DNA of 63,258 nt, filler included, from Octopus bimaculoides (Eukaryota), in the NCBI RefSeq assembly GCF_001194135.2. It is 11 parts of 11 records of this genome, joined end to end, with 100 filler letters (N's around TTAATTAATTAA, not from the genome) between each part and the next. Parts side by side here need not be neighbours in the genome. Positions count along the whole stretch, not along the records: positions 13,707 to 24,577 come from NC_068983.1; positions 24,678 to 28,295 come from NW_026374513.1; 9 more parts are not named here. One strand, 5' to 3'. Numbering within the stretch: position 1 is the first letter of the stretch; each line of letters opens with the position of its first letter. Both the position numbers and the translations under genes were made by a program. The notes under the pieces are model-generated. The model ran no database searches, had not been told where the DNA came from, and worked only from the letters and a program-made list of their open reading frames with translations. Positions 13,731 through 25,134 of this stretch are shown in pieces.

Positions 13731-14096
13731 TTAGTTTGTCGAAATAGTGGTGGTGTTGGTGTTGAAGGCCGGTGTCCTGTTGTTGTTGCTGTTGTTGTTG
13801 TCACTTGTGGTAGCAGTGGTGAAGACAGTGGTCGTGTTAGCGAGGACATTTGTGTCGTTGTTGTTGTTCTTGTCTTTGTCGTTGTTGTTGTCACTGGTGA
13901 CGGTGGCAGGCAAGACTGCTGTAGCAGCAGAGTTTTTACACGTGATGGTGGTAGTGGTGGTGGTTGAGGCAGTAGCAGTTGACTCAGAATCATTGCTCTT
14001 CTCCATCGCCTGTCTGCGTTCAAGCGGAACGGCATTAAGTATTCTCGCCTCTGGCATTAGGGGCGGGAAATCGGCCTCGTTGAAAACCTTAGCCAT
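13731..14096 (-). pseudogene. Possible 5' end of a LINE ORF1 (low-complexity N-terminus)
   Basis: ATG start, MAKVFNEADFPPLMPEARIL, CpG-rich, then Thr/Asn-rich low complexity running toward a spacer. DFPPL-type motifs are common near non-LTR ORF1 N-termini. No conserved domain is visible. Confidence 0.3.
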
Positions 14097-14212
14097 ATTT
14101 GCTTTACAAAATATGGCTAGGAAATTAAAAATTAAAAAACATCTTCCTCGTTCCTAGCCATATTTTGTAAAGCAAATATGGCTAGGAACGAGGAAGATGT
14201 TTTTTAATTTTT
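14090..14212. repeat. Nested inverted repeat: perfect 39-bp arms plus an inverted 33-bp duplicate
   Basis: 14127-14165 is the exact reverse complement of 14174-14212 with an 8-nt loop TGTAAAGC. 14090-14122 is the exact reverse complement of 14152-14184. Confidence 0.95.
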
Positions 14213-14395
14213 GGAAATAAGGCTCTAAATAGAGCTATTTCCGATTTGAAAAATATATGTTCACGGAGTATTTTGTGTTACACACAACTTATACAAAATT
14301 TAAAAACAAAATAGGTCTTTTAAGAAGTGAAAAATGCAACTTACATGGGAATCGATGTGTCTACCCTCCGTCCATGATGATAGAGATAGACAGAC

Positions 14396-14444
<49 letters not shown>

Positions 14445-14538
14445 GATAAATAGATAGATAGATAGATATATCGCCATGATAGCTCGCTAGCCACTAAACC
14501 TTTTCCATTTTCTCTCCCTGTTTATTTCTTTGTCGAAG

Positions 14539-14578
<40 letters not shown>

Positions 14579-15199
14579 CTATTATATACCTATACGCACA
14601 CACTCACACCACTATATATATGTATATATGTATATATATTAGAAAACATTTTCTCGGACGCGATTTGTTTACACTCATGGATGCTTTGGAAAAAAACAAA
14701 TCAACAAAGTAGGTCATAAATCGTTTTTTGCATTAACAGAGGCTCTTTGATAAATTAAGTCGGTAAAGGTAGATCATAAATTGGGACCATAACCTCATAA
14801 CTTAAACTGATATCTGTTTTTCAAAAATTTATTTCTCTCTTTATTTTATTTTTCCCTTCAGACAAACGTATCGCTGTAGGTTCCTTTTCCCAGTTATTTT
14901 CTTCTCAATCTTATTCTCCTACTCTCTCTTCTTTCGGCCCCTGTGTCTCTCTATCTCTCTCTGACCCCTCTCTCTATCTCACTAGTTATATATTGCAAAG
15001 GTCGTGAAATTGGAGAATAAAGTACCTGCAATTATTTCTGTGCGTCTGGAGATATGTGGACGGAGACCCTCAATGCAACTTTATCGCGGTAGCACTAAAG
15101 AGTAATGGTGTCACCAGAACTATGGCCCAAATAAAGTGTACGAAACTCGAATTCCTCTGTTTCTATACCCTAAATAGACCACACATCAACGTTTGCAGC

Positions 15200-16060
15200 G
15201 AGTATGACAAGTAGAACGGAGAAAGTGAAAAGAGAAAGAAAACTCCCTCGGGCCCAACAGACCCTCAGAACAACGATACCGAAGCTAAGCGTTAGAAGCC
15301 TGCCGGCGAATGAAACACTGATGATAGTGGCCCTGGCTTCATTACTGTAAGCAGCCAAAGAAATGAGAGAGATGAAGAAGGAAGAAAAAAACAATTCAGT
15401 GACAAAACAAGTTTCTAGAAAGAAAGAATCACAAGGAGTAAGAGAAAAGAAGTAAAAGCAATACGTATAGCCTCCAAGATTAACATTGACAGAAAACAAT
15501 CCATGAAAGGACAGAACAATCCATGTTGCCCAAATGTGGAGTTTCCAGTGAAATAAATGTAAAAATAAACACTGAAGCAAACCAAAAGACAGCCAACAAT
15601 GTGGGCAAAAGAAAGATGTACAAAATTAGAAAGATACGCAGACTTTACTTGCAACGAAACTTCCAGCATGCCTGCGATGTTGCACACTGCCAGTTTTCAT
15701 ATCAGAAGCTATGCCCAAGCTACATAGGCCTGAATCAGAACTTCTTTCTAGGAGAAGAGCAAAGAAAATATAAAAGCGCCAAAGAAGAGAAAATTGCCCA
15801 CTGTCTGCTCCTAAAAGACGATATGCTGATGTAGTGCGTGCTACTCCAAAAACAAGGCGTCTCCCAGATGTGAAAAGCGCAGCAGCTGAAGAAAGATCTT
15901 GTTTGTGCATGATACTAAATATTGCGCATTAGCTGACCTAGCTACGTCGAGTATTGACTTGAAACCACCCCAACTACCACATGAGGCCAACACAGTCAAC
16001 AGATACCGAATCGTTTCCAATATCACAGAGATTTCACACCAATACTTGTATTAAACAAAG
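15200..16060 (+). pseudogene. Heavily decayed LINE ORF1/gag-like remnant
   Basis: Broken frames with DDSGPGFITVSSQR and KRRYADVVRATP motifs and a possible degenerate CLRC...H...C knuckle. It lies directly upstream of the AP-endonuclease remnant on the same strand. Confidence 0.3.
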
Positions 16061-16239
16061 GAGTTCTGTTGCATCTCGACCACAAGATGAAAGTCACTAT
16101 CCCGTGGGACCTTGATGCATGCAATCCAGCCATATGCATAGCTCTTGTGCAAACGCATCATAAACCTAATATAAGTGATACATAATTACACATACCGAAG
16201 TATGTTGTAAGACGAACGCACAAACGGTAAATTTGCACT

Positions 16240-16900
16240 ATACATCCATGAGGAGGCCACTCCGCAGTCCATTCTGTTATACACCAATTCACTATGTGAT
16301 ACTGTAATTGTACATATAAGACAACTTGATATTACTACATGTATTGTATATTGCCCACCAGATATTTAAAATCACACAGGCATATTTGAAGGCTGTCTCG
16401 CAAACTAAGAGATGTTTTTAGAAAACCTGAACTACATATCTGGGTATTCATTGTGAATGGCTTTAACTTCCCAAGTGTGGATGGCTCGAGAGCTTCATGC
16501 TTTCGACAACGACAAATTTCCATCAAGCGCAGGTGGAGTTCCTGCTCAACTTTATCAATGATTCATTCATGGGACAAATTTTTCTCCAACCAACAGAGCA
16601 AATAATATAATCGATCTCAGTTCATAAACAATATGGATATCATCCATTATTTGAAAGTGACACTAACGGTAGTATCGGGTCACAATATAATAAAGATGAC
16701 TATGTATGGACCAAAAGAAGCAGTAGAAATAGGACGTACGCAAAGCACCCGAAATCTCACCAGTGTGAACTTACACGAAGCAAACTGGGAATCGTCTTAG
16801 AAAGAGATCTTGTAAAATGATTTCTCTAAATATCTCTCCAATCCAGACGTTGGCATGAAACTTGAACATTTCATGTCCACAATGCACACCAAATGTTCAT
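16240..16900 (+). mobile_element. Decayed AP-endonuclease region of a CR1/L2/Jockey-group LINE
   Basis: Ordered motifs: IVYCPPD (16343), NGFNFPSVD for GDFNFP.VDW (16456), PT(R)ANNIIDL (16590), SGH for SDH (16675), then NLHEANW. Several frameshifts and stops. Confidence 0.75.
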
Positions 16901-18272
16901 AACACATGATATTTGATTAGTTAGTACAAGTGGTTCTGGGACTCCGAGATCTCGGTGTGCTGTGTCTCGTCAAATATTTTAACAGAGCAAAAAGATGAAA
17001 AAAATTCATGTTGTCACTAATGTAGCTAAAAATAGACTACAACTTTTAAGAATCACAAGGAGCGTAGTGGGGCCATAGGGTTGTAGTTGTAATTCATTTC
17101 TAATTCATTTATCTTTTCATCGATTACTAAATCCAAGACTAGAGGACTGTATCTATTTTGAATAAAGGACAAGAGTGAGTTGACAGCTCATGGCTAGGTA
17201 TGGTCATAAATATTATCATATTTCTTCAAGGAGAAATTTAAGACAGGAGTAGTCAGTTGGATAGAAGTAATTGTCTATTAAAAGAGGCAGGGTAGGAATA
17301 GACTTAAATCATGGTGTTTATTATCAGTTAAAGGGGCAGACGCTAAGAAACTTAAGATGCTAATACAGAGGAAATTTTATTTAGGGGCACTACGGGGGAA
17401 ATGTCTATCAAAAATACTGCTATGTTGTATAAAAATAATATTTAAGCATTTCAAAAATGATATCATAACCAAAAGAAGTAAAAGGTGTGTATATATCAAT
17501 TATAAACATTAAAAAGGAAGATTACATAGAATCAGTTGAATATCCATTCATGTACTTAATTAATTACTTATTAGATGGTTTCTATAAAGACTGCTCAAGG
17601 TATTTCCACATGGAATGACTGGAAAGATAAACATGCTATCGATTAATTTTAAGACATGAATCAGAAAAGAGTAAAAATGCATACAGATACAAACACACAC
17701 AAACTCACGCACACACATAAATATTTATGCGCTTATATGGATTAGTATAGATATCTCTCATAGAATTAAGTAACTGTAAAATATCAATTTAAGAAAAATA
17801 AAAATAACAACTTATAAGGGATAAATGATTAATAAGTCAGGATATCAAAATAAGGAAACAAAATAATAAGAATTTATATAAAATAATAAGAAATACATAT
17901 AACCTACTTATAAAAAGACAGTGGATTAAAATTAGAGGCAGGGAAAAGATAAACGTAACCCGAAAATCGGGGTGGGGGGTAATAGATATGGAAGTAGTAA
18001 GGGTAGTTAAGGTATACAGACCGAAGAGATTTTATAAGTGATATTGTATGTATGATTTTATAGTTTCTAGGGGTTATATGATTTAGTCAAATGGAGACTT
18101 ACTTAAAGTCACTGCAAGTATACATAATATGATCAGTAGGGTAGAACATCATCCAAAGGAAAATAGTGTAATCACCAAAATAATATGAAGTCAGACTAAC
18201 TAGGCAGGGGTTATCCTGGGATAGTATTATACGTAGCACACCATATACCACAACATGCTGCATATAACATAA

Positions 18273-18491
18273 GGCGGTAAGCTGGTAGAAACGTTAGCAC
18301 GCCAGGTGAAACGTTTAGCGGTATTTCGTCTAACGTTACGTTCTGAGTTCAATTTCCGCCGAGGTCGACTTTGCTTTTTTATCTTTCTGAGTCGATGAAT
18401 TAAGTACCAGTTACGTACTGGCATTGTTCTAATCGATTTAACTCCTTTGTTTGTCCCCTCTATTTTTAGCCCCTTGTGGGCAATAAAGAAA
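18273..18491 (+). mobile_element. SINE family A, full length, tail type 2
   Basis: Family-A head and core. The 3' tail is TTTAGCCCCTTGTGGGCAATAAAGAAA. Confidence 0.9.
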
Positions 18492-19181
18492 CGATAGCAT
18501 ATAACATGTGTAATGCAATATAATTCATCATATAACATAATATTGCATGATTTTTTTAATATTTAGTTCTGGATGGTAAGAATACAACGGATACGATACC
18601 AAACTTAATTTCCACTATCAAAGTTCAAGAATGGCACCTATAATTGTTAGTTTCGAAAATACTTAAATGTACGGGTGACGCTATTAATGCATGATACTCT
18701 TAGGTCTAATCTATTATTAATCAGATTGCTCCAGTCCCTATACTTAAAAATATCATAAGCTTCCATAGGTTTCCATGTATATATATATATATATAGATAT
18801 ATATACATTTGTATAAGTATATACCTATATATGTGTATATGTATTCTTGCATGTATGTATACACACAACACACATACATGTATGCATGTGTGAATGTATG
18901 TATAAGAAAATAACTCGTTATGGTTTGATTGCTACAACTTATAAAGTAGGAAAAGATCCTAGGTACATATACATACGCACACGCACTCACACGCACACAC
19001 ACGCACAAACATTTGCAAAGGTTAATCGAAACCGCTCAGACACTAGGAAAGCACTTTTTCCTCAAAAAGTTTAGTAACATCCTGATAAAAGATTTCATAA
19101 CAATAAAAAAAAAAACAAATAATAAAAAGAAAAAAAACTCACCTTTACTCTTCAAAACTGTTTTAAGTAACTCTAATAAAC

Positions 19182-19214
<33 letters not shown>

Positions 19215-19885
19215 ACACACATATGTATATATGTGTGTATCTGTACATGTTTGTGTGCATGAATGTATGTGTGTGCAATGTTGTAGGTGTTTTAAGATTA
19301 AGTATATATAAAAGTTTAAAAATGATATCCATATATATATATATGCATAAACACTTAATGTTCATTGATGTATATTGGTAGTGTAATCAGCCAATTGTAA
19401 TTTATGCAATGCATTACGGCACTCATCTACGTGCAAAATCGCTGTCTCAACGTATTCAACCTTATTATATCCATTGCTCTCAACTGACTTGCGTGTAATT
19501 CAGAGTTTCCTTCTACAATTCTATCCGTCTGCAAGTGATGCGTACTGGTAGCTATTTAAGTTTTGTTTAAAGTCGATAATGTCATGTCTTCAAACAAATC
19601 TGTTTATTTCGATGTTATTTATATATTTATGATACAGACTGATGCTTGAAAACGAAAAGATATGTTATCCAAACACCATTATACCAAATTAATCAAATAA
19701 ATATATTTAGTAAATAAAGATAGATACAATTGAACTTAAATTTTGGCTACTGTTACTAACAAACTTTATATTTATATCCCTTCCAAAAATCTTTTTCTTT
19801 CGTAGTTAACATTCCCACTATTAAAATGCCTGCAATACACGCTAATGATTTTCAAATAAAAATATTAAGAATATAAGTCAATGGG

Positions 19886-20270
19886 TTGTTGTTGGCACTC
19901 CGTCGCTAACGACGTCGAGGGTTCCAGTTGATCCGATCAACGGAACAGCCTGCTCGTGAAATTAACGTGCAAGTGGCTGAGCACTCCACATACACGTGTA
20001 CCTTTAATGTAGTTCTCGGGGATATTCAGCGTGACACAGTGTGACAAGGCTGACCCTTTGAATTACAGGCACAACAGAAACAGGAAGTAAGAGTGAGAGA
20101 AAGTTGTGATGAAAGAGTACAGCAGGGTTCGCCACCGTCCCCTGCCGGAGCCTCGTTGAGCTTTAGGTGTTTTCGCTCAATAAACACTCACAACGCCCGG
20201 TCTGGGAATCGAAACCGCGATCTTATGACCGCGAGTCCGCTGCTCTAACCACTGGGTCATTGGGCCTCCC
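19886..20270 (-). mobile_element. SINE family D, full length, (CAA)n tail, with target-site duplication
   Basis: tRNA-like head (TGACCCAGTGG A box, GTTTCGATTCC B box). Closely matches 57227-57583. TAAGTCAAT occurs at 19874-19882 and again at 20271-20279. Confidence 0.92.
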
Positions 20271-20399
20271 TAAGTCAATTGGGTACAAGTGAATTATACA
20301 GTAACATCATTTCGCTCCTTTCTTTGACCAAATAGCAAAATTCAAGATTGACCGTCTTCTCTTCCTTATCGAAAAACTAATTACCAAATGTTTTTCCTG

Positions 20400-20592
20400 T
20401 TCAGTTCTATATTTAAGAGATGAGGAATTATCTACGTTATTTGCATTATTTACACTTGACGGATAGCTGCCTCATCCTGTTTGTTGTTAACACAACGTTT
20501 CGGCTGATATACCCTCCAGCCTTCATCAGGTGTCTTGAGGAAATTTCAAACCTTGTTTCTCATTTCTAAGGTAATTTTCGATGTTGTTGTTG

Positions 20593-20646
<54 letters not shown>

Positions 20647-20712
20647 TCACTGCCTGGAATCGAACTAAGAATCTTGGGGTTAGTAGCCCGCGCTCTTAAC
20701 CACTACGCCATA
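20400..20712 (-). mobile_element. tRNA-headed SINE carrying a hammerhead ribozyme, full architecture
   Basis: Minus-strand order: A box TGGCGTAGTGG (20700-20710), B box AGTTCGATTCC (20656-20666), (AAT/AAC)n linker, hammerhead, then a tail with TGTAAATAA-like repeats. The same architecture occurs at 23831-24059. Confidence 0.85.
20489..20534 (-). ncRNA. Minimal type I hammerhead ribozyme fold (Penelope-like, probably dimer-dependent)
   Basis: GACAC-CUGAUGA-A-GGCUG-(GAGGGUAUAU)-CAGCC-GAAAC-GU-U-GUGUU. Stem I is GACAC/GUGUU and stem II is GGCUG/CAGCC. Stem III is reduced to the AACGUU palindrome. The predicted cut is after GUU at 20494. Activity is untested. Confidence 0.75.
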
Positions 20713-20726
20713 TGGCGTAGTGGTTT

Positions 20727-20833
20727 CCCGAAGACACCCGATGAAGGCTGGAGGAGGGTATATCAGCCGAAACGTGTTAACAACAAACAAGATGAGGACA
20801 AATAACCTTCAAATGTAAATAATGTAAATAATG
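20727..20833 (+). mobile_element. Hammerhead-SINE 3' half, inverted copy with a broken ribozyme
   Basis: CCGATGA replaces CTGATGA, loop II has a 3-nt insertion, and there is a 3-nt deletion after GAAACG. It adjoins the 28-bp palindrome at 20698-20725. Confidence 0.85.
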
Positions 20834-21944
20834 TTGTTTCTATTGTTGTTTAGTCATGCCCCAGCCTTGATCTAAGTATTCTAGACGTCTCCATCTTCAC
20901 TTTCAACCAAAGAAAATACCTATGACACGTCATTTTACAAATAGTATGACGAAATTTGTGGAAGTTCTCTGTTTCACGTCACAGATACGGTGAAAGCATT
21001 CAGTCTTTTTGTTACTTGTAAAAAATATCGACAATTCTACTATTCTATATCCGTTCAAATATTCGTTTCCGCCAGAATAATTACAACATTAACTACATAG
21101 GAAAACATGAATTAAATCACCAGAAATGTAGTAAAGCAATATATCGTAGTGGTTTTCACACTTTGGGATTAACTACTTTATAGCATTTTTTTTCTCTCGG
21201 TTCTCGACTAACGTTTCTGTGTTCAAATCCCTATAAGTCCACCAGAATAAATTGCAGTTATTTATGTCTCGTGCAGTACTCATCTCTAGCCTAAGACATT
21301 TGGCTTGGAGCCTTTATTGGTAATCAATAGCAGCTAAAAGATAAAATATAGTATCAATCGGACAACAATGATTTGAATGCGAAAAACTAAAGAGATTCCA
21401 TAAAAAAATCGAATGTATTGATTATACATGACTGATTGAGTAGCACGTATATAAACTGCAATGTTTGTATACTATAGAAATGAAACTGAATCGATTGAAT
21501 TATTTTTCTATTTCATTTTTATAGTATTCAATCTGATTTCGATTGGATAACAAAAAATAAAGCGAGATAAGAATTGGAACACCATATATTGTTTTGGTTC
21601 TTTGTCATATCTAATAGCGTGTTACAATAGCGCCTGAAAAGGCCTAATCGACGTTATCGATCACTCTACTTGACTAATACTTATTTTATCGATCTTGAAA
21701 TTATGAATGACAACAATCCTTCTAAGCAGGATTTGAACTAAGAACTTAACCGTATGTTTTAAATATTCTGATGATATCTATCATCTTCAATATCGGAGGA
21801 TGGTGGCTTATTTGATTCTATAATATTTAGCACAATGCTGATTATAAAAAGCAAACTTAGAAAAGAATGGCTGGACATCCAGTGCAACCTCATACTGCAA
21901 AATTTTAGTTAATGTAAATCGTAAGGAATATTTGAGGCACTGAA

Positions 21945-22380
21945 GTACTTTTTTCTACTCTAGGTACATGGCCCGAAATTTTGGGGAGGGGGGTAGACAA
22001 TTATATCGACCCCAGTACGCAACTGGTACTTAATCTATCAACCCCGAAAGGATGAAAGGCAAAGTCGACCTCGGCTGAATTTGAACTGAGGAAGTAAAAA
22101 CACACTAAATACCGCTAAGCATTTTGCCCGGCGTGCTAACGTTTCTTATTTCTTTATTGCCCACAAGGGGCTAAACATAGAGGGGACAAAGAAGGACAGA
22201 CAAAGGAATTAAGTCGATTACATCGTCATCAGTGCGTAAGAGGTACTTAATTTATCGACCCCGAAAGGATGAAAGGCAAAGTTGACCTCGGCGGAATTTC
22301 AACTCAGAACGTAACGGCAAACGAAATACTGCTAAACCATTTCGCCAGGCGTGCTAACGTTTCTGCTAGCTCGCCGCCTT
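21945..22380 (-). mobile_element. Tandem dimer of two family-A SINEs with different tails inside one target-site duplication
   Basis: Units are 21945-22145 (tail type 1, missing the first ~16 nt of the head) and 22146-22380 (tail type 2, complete head). AGGCACTGAA occurs at 21935-21944 and 22381-22390. Confidence 0.88.
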
Positions 22381-22746
22381 AGGCACTGAAATATTTGTAT
22401 AAGCTAAGAAACTGAAATGGCATTCATTAATTAAGCAATTACACTTCCCGTATAGATTACATGGACATAAACACGCACACACAAACGCACGCACGCACAC
22501 ATACATGTATATATGCATTTTAATATATGTGTAGAAATATATACATTCATTATGTAAATATGCGTGAGTGGAAAATTTCATAAATAGTCGTTTAACAAGC
22601 AGAGAGAACCACAGTTTGGGACAAAGCATTGAGCAACGTGCATCGAATTTGAGACGTTTGTATATTGACATCATTATATACCATCTTCTGAATAAGCAAA
22701 TACGATATATGAATGTCATTGTTGTTGTTGTTGTGTGTGTATGTGC

Positions 22747-22779
<33 letters not shown>

Positions 22780-23151
22780 TCTATTTATCTATCTATCTAT
22801 CTATGTATATATATATATATATATATACTCACACACACACACATATATATATACGTGTGTGAGTGTATAGTACTAAAAAAGTGGTGGAGAATAGGGAATT
22901 ATACATTGCGCGTGTGTATGAGATGAGTATATGTGTGTGAGTGCGCGAGTGTGAGAGAGAGTGAGCGCGTTTGTGTGCGTGTGTATATATTATATGTATA
23001 TTTACACATACTCACCTATGCCTATATAGATACATTTGTGTATATATGTATAATACATGCATATATTTAGTTACACACACGCACTCATTCACGCACACAC
23101 TCACTCACACACTCACGCATACACTCACACATACACTCACTCACTCACACT

Positions 23152-23190
<39 letters not shown>

Positions 23191-23830
23191 ACACGATTAT
23201 ATATGTAAGTATGTAGTTTGATAGATTAACTGATAGAAAACCTGCAGATAAGCTACTTGTTAAACAACAAACAAACGCAAACGTGTTTGTAAACGCATAT
23301 TAACTCCGATACATAGATTTATTTACCTGCACCTGCTCTTCCCTAAGTGTGCCACACATAATCTCTTATCAAATAAAGTTAAAATTCAATGTGAACTTGA
23401 TGATTTTGCACATCAAAAAATGCATAATAAACAATTCCCAATTTAACTCTGTATACACAATGCCCTCATTGTATATTGCACCATTATAAATCTAAGACTT
23501 GGTATGTAGCAAAAGTTAATAACTGATTAAATTATTATTTTCTGTTTGAATATGAAGTTTCTTGTTGGTTGCTGGGCAACTATTTATCACTCTTACTCAC
23601 ACAGAAGAATGTTATTGTATATTTTACTTTCCATTTTCAATCCAATATATATATTGCGAGTTTTTAAATTCGACGTTTGCAAAAGACGGAGGAATGTACA
23701 TATATTGCTGATATGCATATCAGATTTTATTCTCCTCTCATAGTGATCATCAAAAGTAAGAGAGAAAATATCATAAAGAATACAGAAATACTTGATGTGA
23801 AGGAATTAAAGACATCAATATTTATTTATG

Positions 23831-24059
23831 TACGTTATTTGAATCATTTACATTTGACGGATATTTGTCCTCATCTTTGTTGTTAACACAACGTTTCGGT
23901 TGATATACCCTCCAGAATTCATCAGGTGTCTTTCGAACCTGGGTTCTCATTCCTGAGGTATTTTTCGAAGTTATTATTATTATTATTATTATTCAGGTCA
24001 CTGCTTGGAATCGAACTAAGAATCTTGGGGTTAGTAGCTCGCGCTCTTAACTACTACGC
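23831..24059 (-). mobile_element. Hammerhead-SINE, second copy with full architecture, stem II disrupted
   Basis: B box at 24007-24017, a shorter (AAT)n linker, and the hammerhead skeleton at 23885-23930 with intact CTGATGA and GAAAC. Stem II reads TTCTG/CAACC (three mismatches). Confidence 0.85.
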
Positions 24060-24533
24060 GATCATTTAGGTTGTAAAAGGGCTCAGTTAATCTGTTTAAG
24101 TTTAAGATTTGTAGAGGAGAAATCGAATTCGTTTTTCGTTGCTTAAATGCTTCAAATGAAAAATATATTTCTCTTAATCGGTGTTCCACGTCTATTCATT
24201 CAAAGTTCACCGTTGTCCATCATATAATTGGACAAAACACCTCGTTGGTCACACACTCTTACTGCACTGTCACTCGCGGCACAGGGGTCGAATTGACGGA
24301 TTAGTGCACCAACACAATAAATTTCTCCTATATCTCCGACGAAAGGTTATGCGCAAAACGTCATGTGCTTAATTTTAGATTAGCCCCCATGACATTCTTG
24401 GAGCGTTAAACAAATAATATCTACTGTGAATACCCCTTTTGATATTGTTTTTGATTTTGAAATACCCGTTCATTATCGATACGCTTTATATATATATATA
24501 TATGCATATATGCATATTTATGTGTGTGTGTGT

Positions 24534-24577
<44 letters not shown>

Positions 24578-24677
24578 NNNNNNNNNNNNNNNNNNNNNNN
24601 NNNNNNNNNNNNNNNNNNNNNTTAATTAATTAANNNNNNNNNNNNNNNNNNNNNNNNNNNNNNNNNNNNNNNNNNNN

Positions 24678-24968
24678 AGGCGATGACAAATGACCGAAAC
24701 CTTTGGCAATATGCTGTGCTTGAGAAGGAAAACCCATCAATCCAAGTGAAATCAGAGTCATTGGTGTCACGCAGCTAGTATTTATGCTGGTGGCATGTAA
24801 AATGCACCCGTTACACTCTAGGAGTGGTTGGCATCGGGAAGGGCATCCAGTTGTAGAAACCATGCCAAATTAGACTAGAGTCTGTTGCAGACCCTCAGCT
24901 TTCCAGTTTTCAGTCAAACCATCCAACACATGCCAGCATGGACAACAGATGTTACCTGATGATGATGA
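24678..24968 (+). mobile_element. Family C: RTE-derived 3' segment ending in (GAT)n
   Basis: Begins with EAMTNDRNLWQYAVLEK codons matching the RTE ORF end at ~27421-27364 (-). Ends GGACAACAGATGTTACCTGATGATGATGAT. The 5' end is cut by a spacer. Confidence 0.75.
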
Positions 24969-25134
24969 TATAGGATAGTAATATTATCTAATGCATTTCA
25001 TGTGAGAACATTCCAATTGTGTGACTGACACACAGTAATTTATGCACTGTTGATTACGGTCAATTGTTGCTTTATTATTAGCTTTCATTAAGTGGAGATT
25101 GTTAAACTTTACCGATTATCATATTTTTTTTATT

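Noticed and set aside
20640-20712. tRNA gene call for this head and the other A/B-box heads (1620, 20200-20265, 24000-24059, 57530-57583, 61755-61825)
   Set aside because: None has an acceptor stem or complete cloverleaf, and each continues into a repeat body or repeated unit, so they are SINE heads.
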